Shown here one piece after another: positions 39,195-54,022 of a stretch of DNA of 64,000 nucleotides. Location of the stretch: the NCBI GenBank assembly GCA_951406725.2, contig OX597815.1, positions 39,494,001-39,558,000 on the forward strand. Reading direction: 5' to 3'. The notes under the pieces were generated by a model. That model was not told the origin of the DNA and did no database searches. It saw only the letters and a list, made by a program, of their open reading frames with translations. This stretch comes from Octopus vulgaris (lineage: Eukaryota). The stretch's first letter is position 1. Every line of letters starts with the position of its first letter. The position numbers and the translations under genes were made by a program.

Positions 39195-39509
39195 CAAAAT
39201 GAAATCTAAAGTTGATAAGCATCGTTGGGAAGTATATGCTTTCATCAGAGAAAAGGATGAATTTCAGTGGAGGAAATCGAATGAGGGAAATGCTATTTAA
39301 AATCGACTGAGAAAGGTGTTATTTAACAAAGTATCGTTATAAATCTGTGTTGGTATATATTTGAGCTACAAATTTTGAAAAAGCAAACTAAATCCATGGT
39401 AACAAAATAGCATTCCCTTCATTTGATTTCCTCCACTGAAATTTATCCTTTTCTCTGGCGAGTGGATATACTTTCCAACGGTGCTTATCAACTTTAGATT
39501 TCATTTTGA
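39195..39509. repeat. Imperfect inverted repeat, ~104-bp arms
   Basis: 39195-39298 vs the reverse complement of 39404-39509. Confidence 0.85.
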
Positions 39510-39856
39510 TATAAAAAGATTTGATAAACAGGACTATAAATTAAAACTGACTTCAAAAAACAGTGACAAGCTAGATCTCTAACAAGTCTTTCTTCCTGAT
39601 ACCTTAGTAGCTTATAAGCTGAAGCGAAGACAGCATGTTCTTTGTCTATCTCCTTACCTTCTTGGAGGTTTTAGTAAAATTATATTAATGCGTCCATCTG
39701 TTTTAATTTAATTTAATTCTATGTCTTTAGGCAGCTGAGGATTGCTCTGCATTTAAATTGATATAATGATTGCATTGTTCAATTAAATGGAGTTGCTTGA
39801 AACGATCGTACTGCATTACCTCTGGATATCCTTGTTGCTTATTTTGATAGATAGAT

Positions 39857-42034
39857 TTCTTTATTGGCCACGCAGAGCAGTATACAGAAGGGACAAAATA
39901 CAAAGTAGAGCTTTTCTTTTTGGGAAGAGGAGGGGGAAAAGCTCGAATTTCGATCAAAAGGCATCGTAAAAAAAAGTGGGGCCGATTAATAGGGATCGTG
40001 TATCACAGAAATGTCAATGTAAAAAGGGAAAACAGATTAGGCTTGTCCGTGGATAGAAAAGCCTACGGAAAAGACCATGGGAACCTTGGGCAATAGTGTC
40101 ATTTAAAAAGAAAACACATTACAGTAAGTGGCTCTCTTTTATTTATTTATTTTTTTTTTTTTTATTCATAGGATTATGCTCAAGCTGGATCCGTCATTCA
40201 CACGTGCCATCCTTGTTACATTCACCCATCTTTTTTTGAAGCATTCACTAAACAAAGCTTCCCTCTCTATTCTCACTTTCCTCTTCAAAGAAACTTGGAG
40301 AAGTTGATGAGAGATTGACCAAAGAGGAAAGAGTTTGTCTCTAGACCTTTCAGACGCGTCCACCATGCACATTCTTTCGCCATAGCCACAAGTACGATTA
40401 AAATGGCTCTTCCTTCCCGTTTCAAGGAAGGGGACACAACAATATTCACGATAGACTCGGTTGATAAACTGACTCATCCCAAACGCGATAGCAGTCGTTC
40501 GACATAGGCCCATAGGTCGGAAATGGTTTGACACTGTACAAGTGAGTGCAGGACGGTTTCGTCGCTCTGACTGCATCTCGGACAGGTCGGCCTCGTGTTT
40601 CTCGAGCCATGTCTGTAGAGCTTATCCCGAACGGGTAGCGCTTCTCGATAGCACTGCTAGGCCAGAGATCTCTGGAAGTTGTCCATAGGTCCCGGTCCGA
40701 AAGTTGTCTTGAACAGGCGGGTCAGGTATTCCTCGTCAACGCCAGGTTCGCCCCGAGATCGTCGTCGTACCTCCCCTCCACTAATCCCCTATAGAATGCT
40801 TTGGTTGTGTTGAAGTCGTTCAAGGTCGACCGGGACGGCATTGTTGCTTGAGAGCAACGCGACACTCGCGGTGCCATTCGCCCTTCCTTGGCCTCTTTTT
40901 GATCCACGGCTGCAGTTCGGTCATGGAGACGAGCTGCGGGAAAGCGTGCCTCACAAACGGCGACCACACCTGTTCAGCGTCGTCTACGTAGAGCCGGAGA
41001 TGTCGCAGTCTCAGCGTGTGTCTGCGCATCATTAACAACGGAATGTCCAGCCCTCTTTTTAACGGGTGTTGATAGCAAATGGATCGCTTGACATCCTTTC
41101 CACAAGAAGCAGAAGAGAATGGGTTCTAGTTTGGCGATGGTAGGGTCGGGACAAGGCACGACGGTCAGGTAGTAGTAGATGACGGACGCAATGTACGTGT
41201 TCGCCAACTCCGCCCGACCTTTTAGGGACAGCTTCCTCTCGGACCCTCGATCCAGCGTCCAACGACGGAGGCGCTGGTGGACGGCATGGGCTTGCTTCTC
41301 CAGGTGCCGAGCCGCAAGCCCACTGACTTTTCCCGGTTTATTTTTGCTCCTGTTACCGCTTCGTGGTCTTTCAGTGTCTCGCCGACCAGCTCGATGTGCT
41401 TTTGGCTAGACACTATGACGATGACGTCGTCAGCGTATGTAGACACGCACGTCCCGCATCTCAATTCTCGCGGGATGCCCCTCAGAGTCGCCAACTTCCG
41501 CAGTAGTGGCAGGAGAGTCAATACGTATAGAAGCAACGAGAGGGGGCATCCCTGACGGACCGAACGTGCAATGTCGAAAGGTCTTGATAGATGTCCATTT
41601 ACGCGAATTACCGAACGGATGCCTCTGTACAAAGCAGAAGACGGGACCGAAACCAGCCGCTATGGGGACAGCCTCCAAGTATCGATGGTTTACCCTATCG
41701 AAAGCTTTCGATTGATCAAAATTGATCAGGGCCCCACCTATGCCATGTTCCTTAACTATCCTGTCTATGATGTAGCGCATCAGATGGAGGTTGTCATGGA
41801 TGCTCCGGCCCTACACGGTGCATGTTTGCGCCTTGTCGACCAGTTTCTCGATGACAAGCGCCAACCTCTTGGTTAACGCCTTGGCCAAAATTTTCAAGTC
41901 TGCATTGAGCAGAGTGATGGGCCCAAAATTATCTATTACGTCTCCCTTGTTTGGATCTTTCTTCAGCAGCGTTACAGCTCCTCGGCTCACAAAACCGGGG
42001 ATGCTACCATTTTGCTGCCAGTTGCAGTACTCTG
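39857..42034 (-). mobile_element. 5'-truncated Tx1/L1-clade LINE with decayed RT, inside (GATA)n
   Basis: GPITLLNADLKILAKAL, DQSKAFDRV, SVRQGCPLS, YADD and a zf-RVT region; 3' part homologous to 9773-10794; GATA repeats on both sides. Confidence 0.92.
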
Positions 42035-42044
42035 AGAGACAGAC

Positions 42045-42117
<73 letters not shown>

Positions 42118-42119
42118 TA

Positions 42120-42285
42120 GGTGCAGGCGTAGCTGTGTGGCAAGAAGCTTGCTATCTAACCACATACTTCCGGGTTTAGTCCCACTGCGTGACACCTTAG
42201 GCAGGTGTCTTCTATTTTACCCTCGGGCCGACCAAAGCCTAGTGAGTGGATTAGGCAGGCGAAAACTAAGAGAAGCACGTCGTAT

Positions 42286-42333
<48 letters not shown>

Positions 42334-42560
42334 TGTATGTGTGTCTTTGTGTCTGTGTTTGCACCCCTCTCCTGTCATCTCTTGACAACCGGTGTTGGTG
42401 TGTTTGCGTCCCGGTAATTTACAAGCTCAGCAAAGACACCGATAGAGTAAGTACTAGGCTTAAAAATAAGTCTCGGAGCCGAATTGTTCGACAAAAAGAC
42501 TTGAAAGCGGTGCTCCAGCATGGCTGCAGTCTAATAACTGACACAAATAAATGAATAAAA
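42120..42560 (+). mobile_element. Family A SINE
   Basis: Head, internal (TA)n and GCGGTGCTCCAGCATGG tail. Confidence 0.8.
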
Positions 42561-42567
42561 GTATATA

Positions 42568-42670
<103 letters not shown>

Positions 42671-42742
42671 CATATATATATTATATATTTATATATATAC
42701 ACACACACATGCATATTTATATACACACAAACAAATGCACAC

Positions 42743-42773
<31 letters not shown>

Positions 42774-42805
42774 TACGCATATACATGCATTCATAGGCAT
42801 AGATT

Positions 42806-42879
<74 letters not shown>

Positions 42880-43002
42880 CAGACAGAATGTGTGTTTCGA
42901 CACAATTTCTAGTGTTATCAACACTTGCCCTAACTGTCACGAAGTGGGGCCGAACTCTAAACTTGTCTGACCATACAGCCATACCCACACCTATTCATAT
43001 AC

Positions 43003-43422
43003 TCTTTACTCTTTTACTCTTTTACTTGTTTCAGTCATTTGACTGCGGCAATACTGGAGCACCGCCTTTAGTCGAGCAAATCGACCCCAGGACTTATTCT
43101 TTGTAAGCCCAGTACTTATTCTATCGGTCTCTTTTGCCGAACCGCTAGGTGACGGGGACATAAACACACCAGCATCGGTTGTCAAGCAATGCTAGGGGGA
43201 CAAACACAGACACACAAACACATACACACACACACTTATATACATATATACATATATACGACGGGCTTCTTTCAGTTTCCGTCTACCAAATCCACTCACA
43301 AGGCATTGGTCGGCCCGGGGCTATAGCAGAAGACACTTGCCCAAGATGCCACGCAGTGGGACTGAACCCGGAACCATGTGGTTGGTTAGCAAGCTACTTA
43401 CCTCACAGCCACTCCTGCGCCT
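43003..43422 (-). mobile_element. Family A SINE, full length
   Basis: Complete head-to-tail match to the other copies. Confidence 0.85.
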
Positions 43423-43444
43423 ATATACTTATATTTTCCCTTTT

Positions 43445-43921
43445 TCTTGTTTCATTTATTAGATTGCAACTACGCTGGGGCACCGCCTTGAAGAATTTTT
43501 GTCGATCAAATCGACCCCTTAAATCCTTAAATCCTTTAAAATGTTTCAGCCCGAAGGTTACGGCCATGATTATTTTCTTATTTTTTTTTTTTTAGCTTGG
43601 AATTTATTCTATCCGTGTCTTTTACCGAACCGTTAATGTTACGGGGATCTAACCACACCAACACCGGTTGTCAAGTGGTGATGGGAGACAAACTCGTACA
43701 CAAAGACAAACACACACACACACACACAAACACAAACAAATCTATATCAATATATATATATATACGACGGGCTTCTCTCAGTTTCCGCCTACCAAATCCG
43801 CTTACAAAGCTTTGGTCAACCCGAGGCTATTGTAGAAAACATTTACCCAAGGTGCCACGCAGTGGGACTGAACCGGAAACTATGTGGTCGGGAAGCAAAC
43901 TTCTTGCTACATAGCCACGCC
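43445..43921 (-). mobile_element. Family A SINE, older copy
   Basis: Diverged match, e.g. CAAGGTGCCACGCAGTGGGACTGAACC. Confidence 0.75.
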
Positions 43922-43971
43922 CAAGCACAAAGTATTAAAAATGCGTAAAATTTGTATTCTATCTTTTCTTT

Positions 43972-44372
43972 CTATCTTTTACTTGTTTCAGTCATTTGAC
44001 TGCGGCCATGCTGGAGCACCGCCTTTAGTCGAGCAAATCGACCCCGGGACTTATTCTTTGTAAGCCCAGTACTTATTCTATTGTTCTCTTTTGCCGAACT
44101 GCTAAGTGACGGGGACATAAACACACCAGCATCAGTTGTCAAGCAATGCTAGGGGGACAAACACAGACACACAAACACACATACATATACATATATATAT
44201 ACATATATACGACAGGCTTCTTTCAGTTTCCGTCTACCAAATCCACTCACAAGGCATTGGTCGGCCCGGGGCTATAGCAGAAGACACTTGCCCAAGATGC
44301 CACGCAGTGGGACTGAACCCGGAACCATGTGGCTGGTTAGCAAGCTACTTACCACACAGCCACTCCTGCGCC
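43972..44372 (-). mobile_element. Family A SINE, full length
   Basis: Highly similar to 43003-43422. Confidence 0.85.
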
Positions 44373-44532
44373 TGTATTATGTGTGAAGTATTATTGTTCT
44401 TTGTGATATGTAAGTTTACCATCCGGACCAATGTTTTCTTCAATCGGCCGATTGTACTCAACAGTTTGAGTAGTAAAGGCTGACGTCTGATTTAAATGAA
44501 GGCAAAATGCTGTTGTTTGTATAACAAAATAT

Positions 44533-44591
<59 letters not shown>

Positions 44592-45067
44592 AACAAACAA
44601 ACAAGCAAAAACATGTGCATATGTACACACACTCACACACTCACTCACACACACAAACACACACACATTTATTTAAATGTAAACACGTAAACTATACTGA
44701 AGCATACACGGTAACATCGTAGCGTCAGGAAACTTCAAAAGACCATTTTGAGGACTGGTTCCATTGGCGAGCTTGCTAAAGCATACATACATACATAAAT
44801 ACATGCATACATTTATGCACACACACACACACACATTTATGTAATGTGTGTGTGAGTGCGACAAGCTGTGTATGCGCTACTAACGCTGGACCACACACAT
44901 TGGCATACATGTAACGATAATATATATGTTAAAATATATAACGACGCGAATGTTTATGCATCTGCACTAAACTGTTTTACAACCGCATTCTGGAATATAT
45001 TCATACACTAAAAGACTTCAACTGCCCTAGCCTACATGCACACATATAAGCTCCCGTCCCATCTATC

Positions 45068-45136
<69 letters not shown>

Positions 45137-45359
45137 CCTATCTACTTACTCGCTATATCCTAAATATATATGTGCGTGTGCGTGTGTGTGTGTTTGCGCA
45201 CGTGTGTGCGTGCATGTGCGTTTTTTCTTTGCATTCTTTATGTCTGTGGTGATATGCTAACCAGTTTTTCTCCCTCTTTCTCTGACACGTGCACAGTCCA
45301 CCTATCTATCTATTTATCTTCACACGTACATACACACACACGCGCGCCCTTACACGCAT

Positions 45360-45399
<40 letters not shown>

Positions 45400-45441
45400 A
45401 TATAGTGTATATTATATATATATATATGTATATATAATATA

Positions 45442-45484
<43 letters not shown>

Positions 45485-45502
45485 TGTATATATAATATAG
45501 TG

Positions 45503-45548
<46 letters not shown>

Positions 45549-46994
45549 GCACACACATAGATTGCGTACAACCAATGAATGTAAATAAATGTACAAATGG
45601 CTTTAAAATCTATGTGATACAATTCATGTGGTGTACACAGTGCTTAGTGAACTAACAAGCTGCAAACCCCATTACCCAAGCCCCCTCGATACAATTCGCC
45701 TCTCATATTATTGTCACTTGAGAAGTCGCACCCAACGGATCCCACATCAACCAACATCTACTCTGTACTCTTCAGTACTGCATCATTTTTTTTTTTTTGT
45801 AGTCAGAAAGAAAGGCAGTACCCATGACCTTCCACAGTCCCCACCCCACCCCCGTGATTTGTAGAACGAATGGATGGAGAGAAGGAAGGAGAAAGAGGGG
45901 AGAAAGGAAGAAGAGAAGTAACCCCAAATCGGAATCCTGACCCGAATGCGTGCAGCACAGCGAACTATGCTAAAAATTCCTCGAAAGTCAGGTGGTGGTG
46001 TTAAGCAGAGTGACAGATGAAGTATGCCACTCATGTAAGCCACGGCAGGATTTGAACTCAGAACGCAAAGAACCGGAACAAATGTCACAAGACGTTAAAC
46101 CTAATGTTCTTACAGTTCCGTTAACCTAACATTCTGGAATGGCTGTAGTAAAACTTCCGTATATGACCACAGGATCAATGTAGTAGAGCTCTTTAGCTTC
46201 TTAATGATTACTATTTAATTCATTTAAGACCAGTTCAAATATGTTTGAGAGATATTTGAGACCGTGAAAAGCGTTTCGCTACAGTTTATCAAAGAGGAAA
46301 AAGATTTCGCATGAGACAAAAAGGTGTCAAAACACTTTAGTCAGCTCAAAGCGCTCTCTATTGGAGTGGTGATGCATTTTGAACACTTTAGTTCTCTTCA
46401 GTTCAAGATAAAAAAAAAAGAGAGCAACTCTGAACTGACTAGAAAGCGACGCTTCTTTTATTAAAATAATCAGTCAATATTACTGACCGAAAGCGCATGA
46501 TGTGGGTTTAGCAGAGCTGACCATTTTTATCACAACGCGGAGGTTTGGCGGTATCTTTGTCTCTGTTGTTTATCAAGTATTTAGTAACTATCTCCTGTTC
46601 CTGAATAGTGAAGGGATATCATTCTATGTCGGGTGTAATATATCTATCCCAGGTACAAGAGAAGTCACTCTTCCTTTCAACGCTATTGCTGCCTTCTAGT
46701 TTACAAAATATGTACCCATGCATTGCGTTTTGTTGGTATGATGCCTGCTTCCCCTCCAATGTTCTGTTTTGGTGGACCAGTCTAGCCTCTTTGGGTTGCA
46801 CGAAACAGCTGTATTCTCAGAGTACTCGTACAGTACTTTCTACTTTCTGATTAACTTATTTTTCTTTGGGGCTGGCCAGATTGGAGCAATCTTGAGTATA
46901 AACTGCCGAAATTGCAAAAATAATCAGGAACTCGACTGAGGATAGAAAACTCCGAATGATCCGTCCTTATTTTCCTTGTATAGGCCACTCCTGC

Positions 46995-47066
<72 letters not shown>

Positions 47067-47077
47067 GCGCGCGCGCG

Positions 47078-47135
<58 letters not shown>

Positions 47136-47251
47136 CGTTTCGGGTGCCTCCGCAAAATTTCCGGATAATTAGGGTTCGGGAAAACAAAACATTACAGGGT
47201 GGATGTACGAAAGTACAAAAATACAATTTGAAAAGATTATATATATATATG

Positions 47252-47772
<521 letters not shown>

Positions 47773-48108
47773 ATACTAGAATATATATATATATATATAA
47801 GGTTAATCCAAACGGGAAAGCAGAAAAAACAACAACACGTGGAACAATTACAGTATTATTATTATTAGGCGCTCAGGAAAATGGAAGAAGGAAGGTATGA
47901 CGTTTCGAGCGGAGCTCTTCGTCGGAAACATAGGAGAAAGAAAGATCCCGAGACGGGAGGACAGAGAAAAAAAAATTGCAGGTAGTCTTCACGAGGTCAC
48001 ATATATATATACACACACACAAAGTAAGATAGGGGTTATGGGTGTAACCCACTATGGGATAGTATTTATCCAATATACTAAATTTGTTTCTCCATTTTCT
48101 TATTTGTA

Positions 48109-48178
<70 letters not shown>

Positions 48179-48238
48179 TGGATTCTCTCATCGAAGACGA
48201 TGAATGAGGGTTCAATACACACACACACACACACACAC

Positions 48239-48290
<52 letters not shown>

Positions 48291-48296
48291 TGTAAA

Positions 48297-49567
48297 TAGG
48301 GCGTGATGGGTAAACTGTTACCATTCTATGTTTTTAATTTTGCGCACGCACATTGTTTTTGATTTTGTCGACTACTCAATATAGTTGGGTACTGTCTGTG
48401 AGAAAAACACCACCACGACGCAATTCACTTTGCCAGAAATTTGGAAACGACATGCTGTACTGCCTGGTATTTGCGCCGGAAGCTCCAATACGAACATTTC
48501 ACAGTGTTTGGGTGTCAATCTAAGGACAGTGCAGAGGATTCGGAGAGATTTGGATGAGTCTAATGGGGATTGCGAAGGTACGGCAGCTTGGGAAACTCAC
48601 TCTGATCGTTCTGATAAGAAAAAGACTACTGAATTTGTTGGTGAGATCCAGGCCATGATTGACAACGATTCCTCCAAGTCAATCAAGTTATTCGCCAGGG
48701 ACATTGGAGTGCCTGAGTTTCTTATCAGGCAGGTAGTGCATGAAAACATTCGGTATTCCTCATACAAGATGAGAAACGGCTAATTTTTATCCCAAGCCAT
48801 GAAGGACAAGAGGAAAATATCGCGCTACGAAACTTTTGAACAAACACAAGCATCCCCTCCAACTGAACATGCTTTGATTTTTCTCAGAGGAGAAAAATTT
48901 CTGCCAGGATCAGATGGTGAACACACAGAACAACCGTTAGCTTGACATGTCTTCAAAACATGTACTTAGAGTGATAAAAATCAAACTTTCAGTCAACATC
49001 ATGGTGTTTAGAGTGATGCCTCCATTCACCTTCTCACACAGCCTCATACTCAACACAGAGATCTATATCAAGTGCCTGAAGGAGATAGTGCTGCTATGGG
49101 TCAAGAGGGTGACTGCTGAAAGACCCTATGTCTGGCAACAGGACTCTGCTCTATGCCGCACAAGAAGGAGAACGCTGTCATGGCTGCCAGACAATTTCTG
49201 CGACCGCATTACCCCTGGCATCCGGCCACCTAACTCCCCAGACTGCAACCTCCTTGATTATTATGTGTGGGACGCAGTTGAGCGAGAGACCAACAAAACT
49301 CCTTCTAACACCAAAGATGAACTGAAGACCAGGATTATGGCAGCATTCACCTACTTAAACAAGGAGAGCGTCCAGAAGAGCTGCAGGAGATTCCAAGGTT
49401 GTCTGAAGGCCGTGTTTGAAGCCAATAATGATTTTATTGCATAAATGTACTTTTTAGTATTTCAAAATATTTGTATGTAATTTTGCTAAATATATCTATT
49501 CAAATGAGATGTCAGTTTTATTTTCATTTTTGCGTAATTTAGACGACAATTTATTCACCGCACCCTG
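48297..49567 (+). mobile_element. Near full-length decayed DD37D (maT) Tc1/mariner transposon
   Basis: ORFs 48385-48783 (HTH) and 48947-49444 with QQD-x37-D (PPNSPDCNLLDYYVW); ends TAGGGCGTG.. / ..CGCACCCTG|TA. Confidence 0.9.
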
Positions 49568-49620
<53 letters not shown>

Positions 49621-49624
<4 letters not shown>

Positions 49625-50095
49625 AATTGCGATAAAATAAAAATAATTATAATCGATAAAACAAGCCATATATTTTCATATATCAGTAATTAAGATAACA
49701 AAGCTTGATAAATTAAGAAATGAAGATAAAAACATTTACTAAACCGAGACCTTTCTTCTTTTCAATATTTTATTTGTAAATAGAGACCCTGAAATTTATC
49801 TATACAATATGCGCAGACCCGAACGTCCCGACATTACTCGCTCATAATTTATCGAAATATGTAAACAAATCAAATTGCGATAAAATAAAAATAATTATAA
49901 TCTGGTATTACTGACACAAGCCATATATTTTTCATATATCAGTACATTAAGGCGAAATATGTGCGGAATACAGAAGCTTGATAAATTAAGTGAAATGAAG
50001 ATAAAAACATTTACTACAATTCTCACTGCATTTCTTTCTTTTCAGCAATAAAGATAATTTATTTGCTCAGGCTTCAGTGAGACCCTGTTTTTCTG
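49621..50095. repeat. Tandem duplication in which the first copy has many small deletions
   Basis: 49621-49790 vs 49869-50090. Confidence 0.75.
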
Positions 50096-50099
50096 GGAT

Positions 50100-50168
<69 letters not shown>

Positions 50169-50219
50169 ATAAAACGTAAGATAACAAAGAAAAAGGAAAT
50201 TTATCTATACAATACCGTT

Positions 50220-50941
50220 AAATAAAACTCTGAGTTTAATGCTACCAACACCATCTTCGTTACATTTGAAAACGTTATGAAAAATCGTTAAATAAAGGAA
50301 ATTACTCTGTTATAACTCTGCTTGCCTGCGTACTTATACATCGCTCGCATTTTTCGTCATAAAAATTATATAAAAATACATAAAAAATATATAAAAATAT
50401 ATAAATTCTTCTTGGGACATAACATAGAAAGCATGTTCTATCTGTTCTCTTTAGGGGACCAAAAACGTAACAGAAATTTAGTCACATGTGGGCATGATCC
50501 GAAAAGTTCTGTCCTTGTATTTAGACATGTAGTAGGGTCTAAGCTGATTTTCCAGATAAGCCATCTCTCTTATCTGGAAAAGCAGCTTAGACCCTACTAC
50601 ATGTCTAAATACAAGGACAGAGCTTTTCGGATCATGCCCACATGTGACTAAATTTCTGTTACGTTTTTAGTCCCTAAAGAGAACAGATAGAACATGCTTT
50701 CTATGTTATGTCCCAAGAAGAATTTATATATTTTTATATATTTTTATATATTTTTATATATTTTCATATAATTTTTATGTATTTTTATATAATTTTTATG
50801 ACGAAAAATGCGAGCAGAGTTATAACAGAGTAATTTCCCTTTATTTAACGGTATTTTTCATAACGTTTTCAAATAGCCAGATAACCGAAGAGATGGTGTT
50901 GTGGATTTCCACTTCGGCATCTGAAACTCAGAGTTTTATCT
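50220..50941. repeat. Long near-perfect palindrome ending in a hammerhead-like motif
   Basis: Arms ~50265-50560 and 50569-50873, loop CCATCTCT; right arm continues GATAA-CCGAAGA-GATG..CATC-t-GAAACTC-a-GAGTT-TTATC. Confidence 0.85.
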
Positions 50942-50972
50942 TGACTACCGAGTAATGTAACATATTGTATAG

Positions 50973-51015
<43 letters not shown>

Positions 51016-51042
51016 GGTGTGTGTGTGTGGGTGGGTGGGTGG

Positions 51043-51076
<34 letters not shown>

Positions 51077-51089
51077 ATATGTATATACA

Positions 51090-51680
51090 ATGCGCCCTTA
51101 AATATGGTTTCTGATTACAAATATCTTGGGTCATACATATCATCATCTGGAAAAGACTTTCTAACTAGAAAGGGTATGGCCTGGTCAGCCTGTAATGACA
51201 TGCATAAGATCTGGTCATCAAATCTAAGTAGAGACTTCAAACTTGAAATCTTCAAAGCCACAGTCGAACCAATTCTACAATATGGCTCGAAACCTGGACG
51301 TTATCAAAGAAGCTTGAGAGGCGGTTGGATGGAACCTACACTCGCCTCCTTATGAGAGCTCAAAATCTCTCGTGGAGGCGCCATCCAACCAAAATGCAAA
51401 TATATGGGAAACTACCACCTGTGTCATCTCTTGTGAAAGGTAGGAGAGTCCAGTTTGCTGGACGTTGTTGTAGAGCTGAAAAAGAGGTAATTTCTACTCT
51501 CCTCCTCTGGAAGCCATCTACTCGCAATGCCAGAGGGCGCACCCTCTCCTACCCTGATGTAATCTCCAGGAATACAGGCATCCAGCAACAGGACCTCCGT
51601 AATGCCATGATGGACCGTGAAGTCTGGCGTAGCATAGTAAATTCCATTGTCTCGACCACGGTCGAACAATGATGATGATG
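51090..51680 (+). mobile_element. RTE-like LINE 3' fragment
   Basis: DYKYLGSYI..RKGMAWSAC..FKATVEPILQYGS; frameshift to [20 protein letters not shown]; (GAT)n tail. Confidence 0.8.
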
Positions 51681-51784
51681 TATATGTGTGTGTGTGTCCT
51701 GTACACATATATATACATACCCATATATATATACATATATACATATATATGTTTTATATATATATGTATGTACATATATGTATG

Positions 51785-51854
<70 letters not shown>

Positions 51855-52283
51855 ATATATACGAGCAAAACGCCCCCCACCGTCCAATGAACGGTGCTGA
51901 GTTGTCATTTAAACCAATTTTTTTCAAAGCAACTTGTCCGACCGTCCCATAGGCCTCTCCTTTGAGAAACACTGATTTAACCTAAATTTGAGACACCAGC
52001 AAAAGAAGAAAAATAAAGATAGGCTTTTTTTCTATTCCAAAGAAAAACGATTTTATTCACACAAATATGCAACCGAAGAGTTTAAAGTACCAGTAAGTAT
52101 ATCGCAACAGCTGATGTACTTGCGCGTACAAATACACGTTCCAACGGCTTTATCGATCGCATTCTCACCTGGAATCGATTTTTTCAAGACTTATACACGC
52201 CCTGATACCGTCGGTATCTACATATCAAATTTGAGCGCGATGCCCGAGATCCTAGAAGACACATAGACAGACAGAATGGATTT

Positions 52284-52321
<38 letters not shown>

Positions 52322-52379
52322 TAATACATACACACGCACACACACACATATATATATGCATATGTATTTATATAATACT

Positions 52380-52870
52380 TAAACATATCAAAGGGAAATG
52401 GAAAATTAATTAAAATTTTCACCCTCAGTGGCCTAACGTGTAAAAATTTAGTCCCAAAAGACTATGAATTAGTCATAATATATAGTGTACATTTAAACAC
52501 ATAAGGAATCCACTCGTGGAATTCAACACGCTAGAAAGAACAGCTAGGTTCTATAACCACAAACATTAGGATATATAAACGGGAGGCATATAGTTTGATT
52601 GCCTCGTTGCTTATATATTTAACCCAAGGTGTACCTGTTGAGGACGATTTCACCTCGTGAGTAAATCTTATTTATTTGCTTGCTAAACTAAAATCAGAAA
52701 CCAATTGGTCCAGGAAACTTGATGGTAAAATGTTTTTTTTTTTTTTCCTTTCGTTCCTGTCGAATTTTATCCCTAATTTTTGTGGTTATAGAACCTAGCT
52801 GTTCTTTCTAACGTGTTGAATTCCACGAGTGGATTCCTTATATGTTTAAATGTACACTATATATTATGAA
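52380..52870. mobile_element. Element of the 34388 family with an inverted partial repeat and a mutated hammerhead (52634-52714)
   Basis: 52472-52572 is inverted at 52768-52869; CCTG-TTGAGGA-cGATTT..AAATCa-GAAACCAATTGGTC-CAGG. Confidence 0.65.
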
Positions 52871-53055
52871 TTTATATATGCATATGTGCACATATATGTT
52901 TGTGTGCATTTGCAAATATACCTTGCGCAATTCATAAGTTATGATTGTGATAAAATGTGCTCTGTCGGCGATTCATCAAAATCAATCAATTAATCACATA
53001 CAACTCAAAGTCTATTGTTTGTTATACCAGCAATGTTGTGCAAAGCAGATGAACT

Positions 53056-53442
53056 TGGAAGCACTCCGTCGGTTACGACGATGAGGGTTCAGGTTGATCC
53101 GAATCAACGGAACAGCCTGCTCGGGAAATTAACGTGTAAGTGGCTGAGCACTCCACAGACACGTGCACCCTTAACGTAGTTCTCGGGGATATTCAGCGTG
53201 ACACAGAGAGTGACAAGGCCGGCCCTTTGAAATACAGGTACAACAGAAACAGGAAGTAAGAGTGAAAGAAAGTTGTGGTGAAAGAGTACAGCAGGGATCA
53301 CCACCATCCCCTGCCGGAGCCTCGTGAAGCGTTAGGTGTTTTCTCTCAATAAACACTCACAACGCCCGGTCTGGGAATCGAAACCGCGATCCTATGACCG
53401 CGAGTCCGCTGCCCTAACCACTGGGCCATTGCGCCTCCACAA
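53056..53442 (-). mobile_element. Family C tRNA(Arg)-like SINE, full length
   Basis: Near-identical reverse complement of 23966-24352; TSD CAGATGAACT at 53046-53055 and 53443-53452. Confidence 0.88.
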
Positions 53443-53841
53443 CAGATGAACTACATTCCTTTTCGTACGCAAATCCAATGGTTCTCCTTTTCGGATGAGA
53501 ACGAAGCAAAATTTCGAATTGGTCCTGTGGAAGATAATTTTATGTCTACAGAAAGGAAAACACACCGATGACCCAGTTGTGTTTCGAAAAAGGTTTACCT
53601 TGAACTACAATGTACATGTGGCAAATAATGAGGGTTGCTTAATGTACAATAAATAAATTGAAATAATAGTGAGGTATTATGTATGCAAGTCGATCTGAGC
53701 AGTTGAGCTCGCTTACATTTATTGAATGTTGATAACTATGATACTCGATATTTCCGTGAAACGATATTATATCGCTGATGAGAACCAAACGAGATTTGAA
53801 ACCGTTCAGCAGATCCATTCGGCTGTCTGTCAAAGGAGAAA

Positions 53842-53937
<96 letters not shown>

Positions 53938-53961
53938 TCATAGCATTTTTTCCGATGGCCA

Positions 53962-54022
53962 GATAACTGAAGAGATGGTGGCATGGATTTCCACCCCGAC
54001 ATCCGAAACTCGGAGTTTTATC
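53962..54022 (+). ncRNA. Type I hammerhead ribozyme motif
   Basis: GATAA-CTGAAGA-GATG-GTGG..CCAC..CATC-c-GAAACTC-g-GAGTT-TTATC; homologue of 50880-50940. Confidence 0.65.

Noticed and set aside
39658-39697. Possible 40-nt minus-strand exon (ACAG...AAG|GTAAGG)
   Set aside because: Weak acceptor, too short and no homology evidence
53770-53812. CTGATGA...GAAAC motif
   Set aside because: Stems I and II do not pair convincingly
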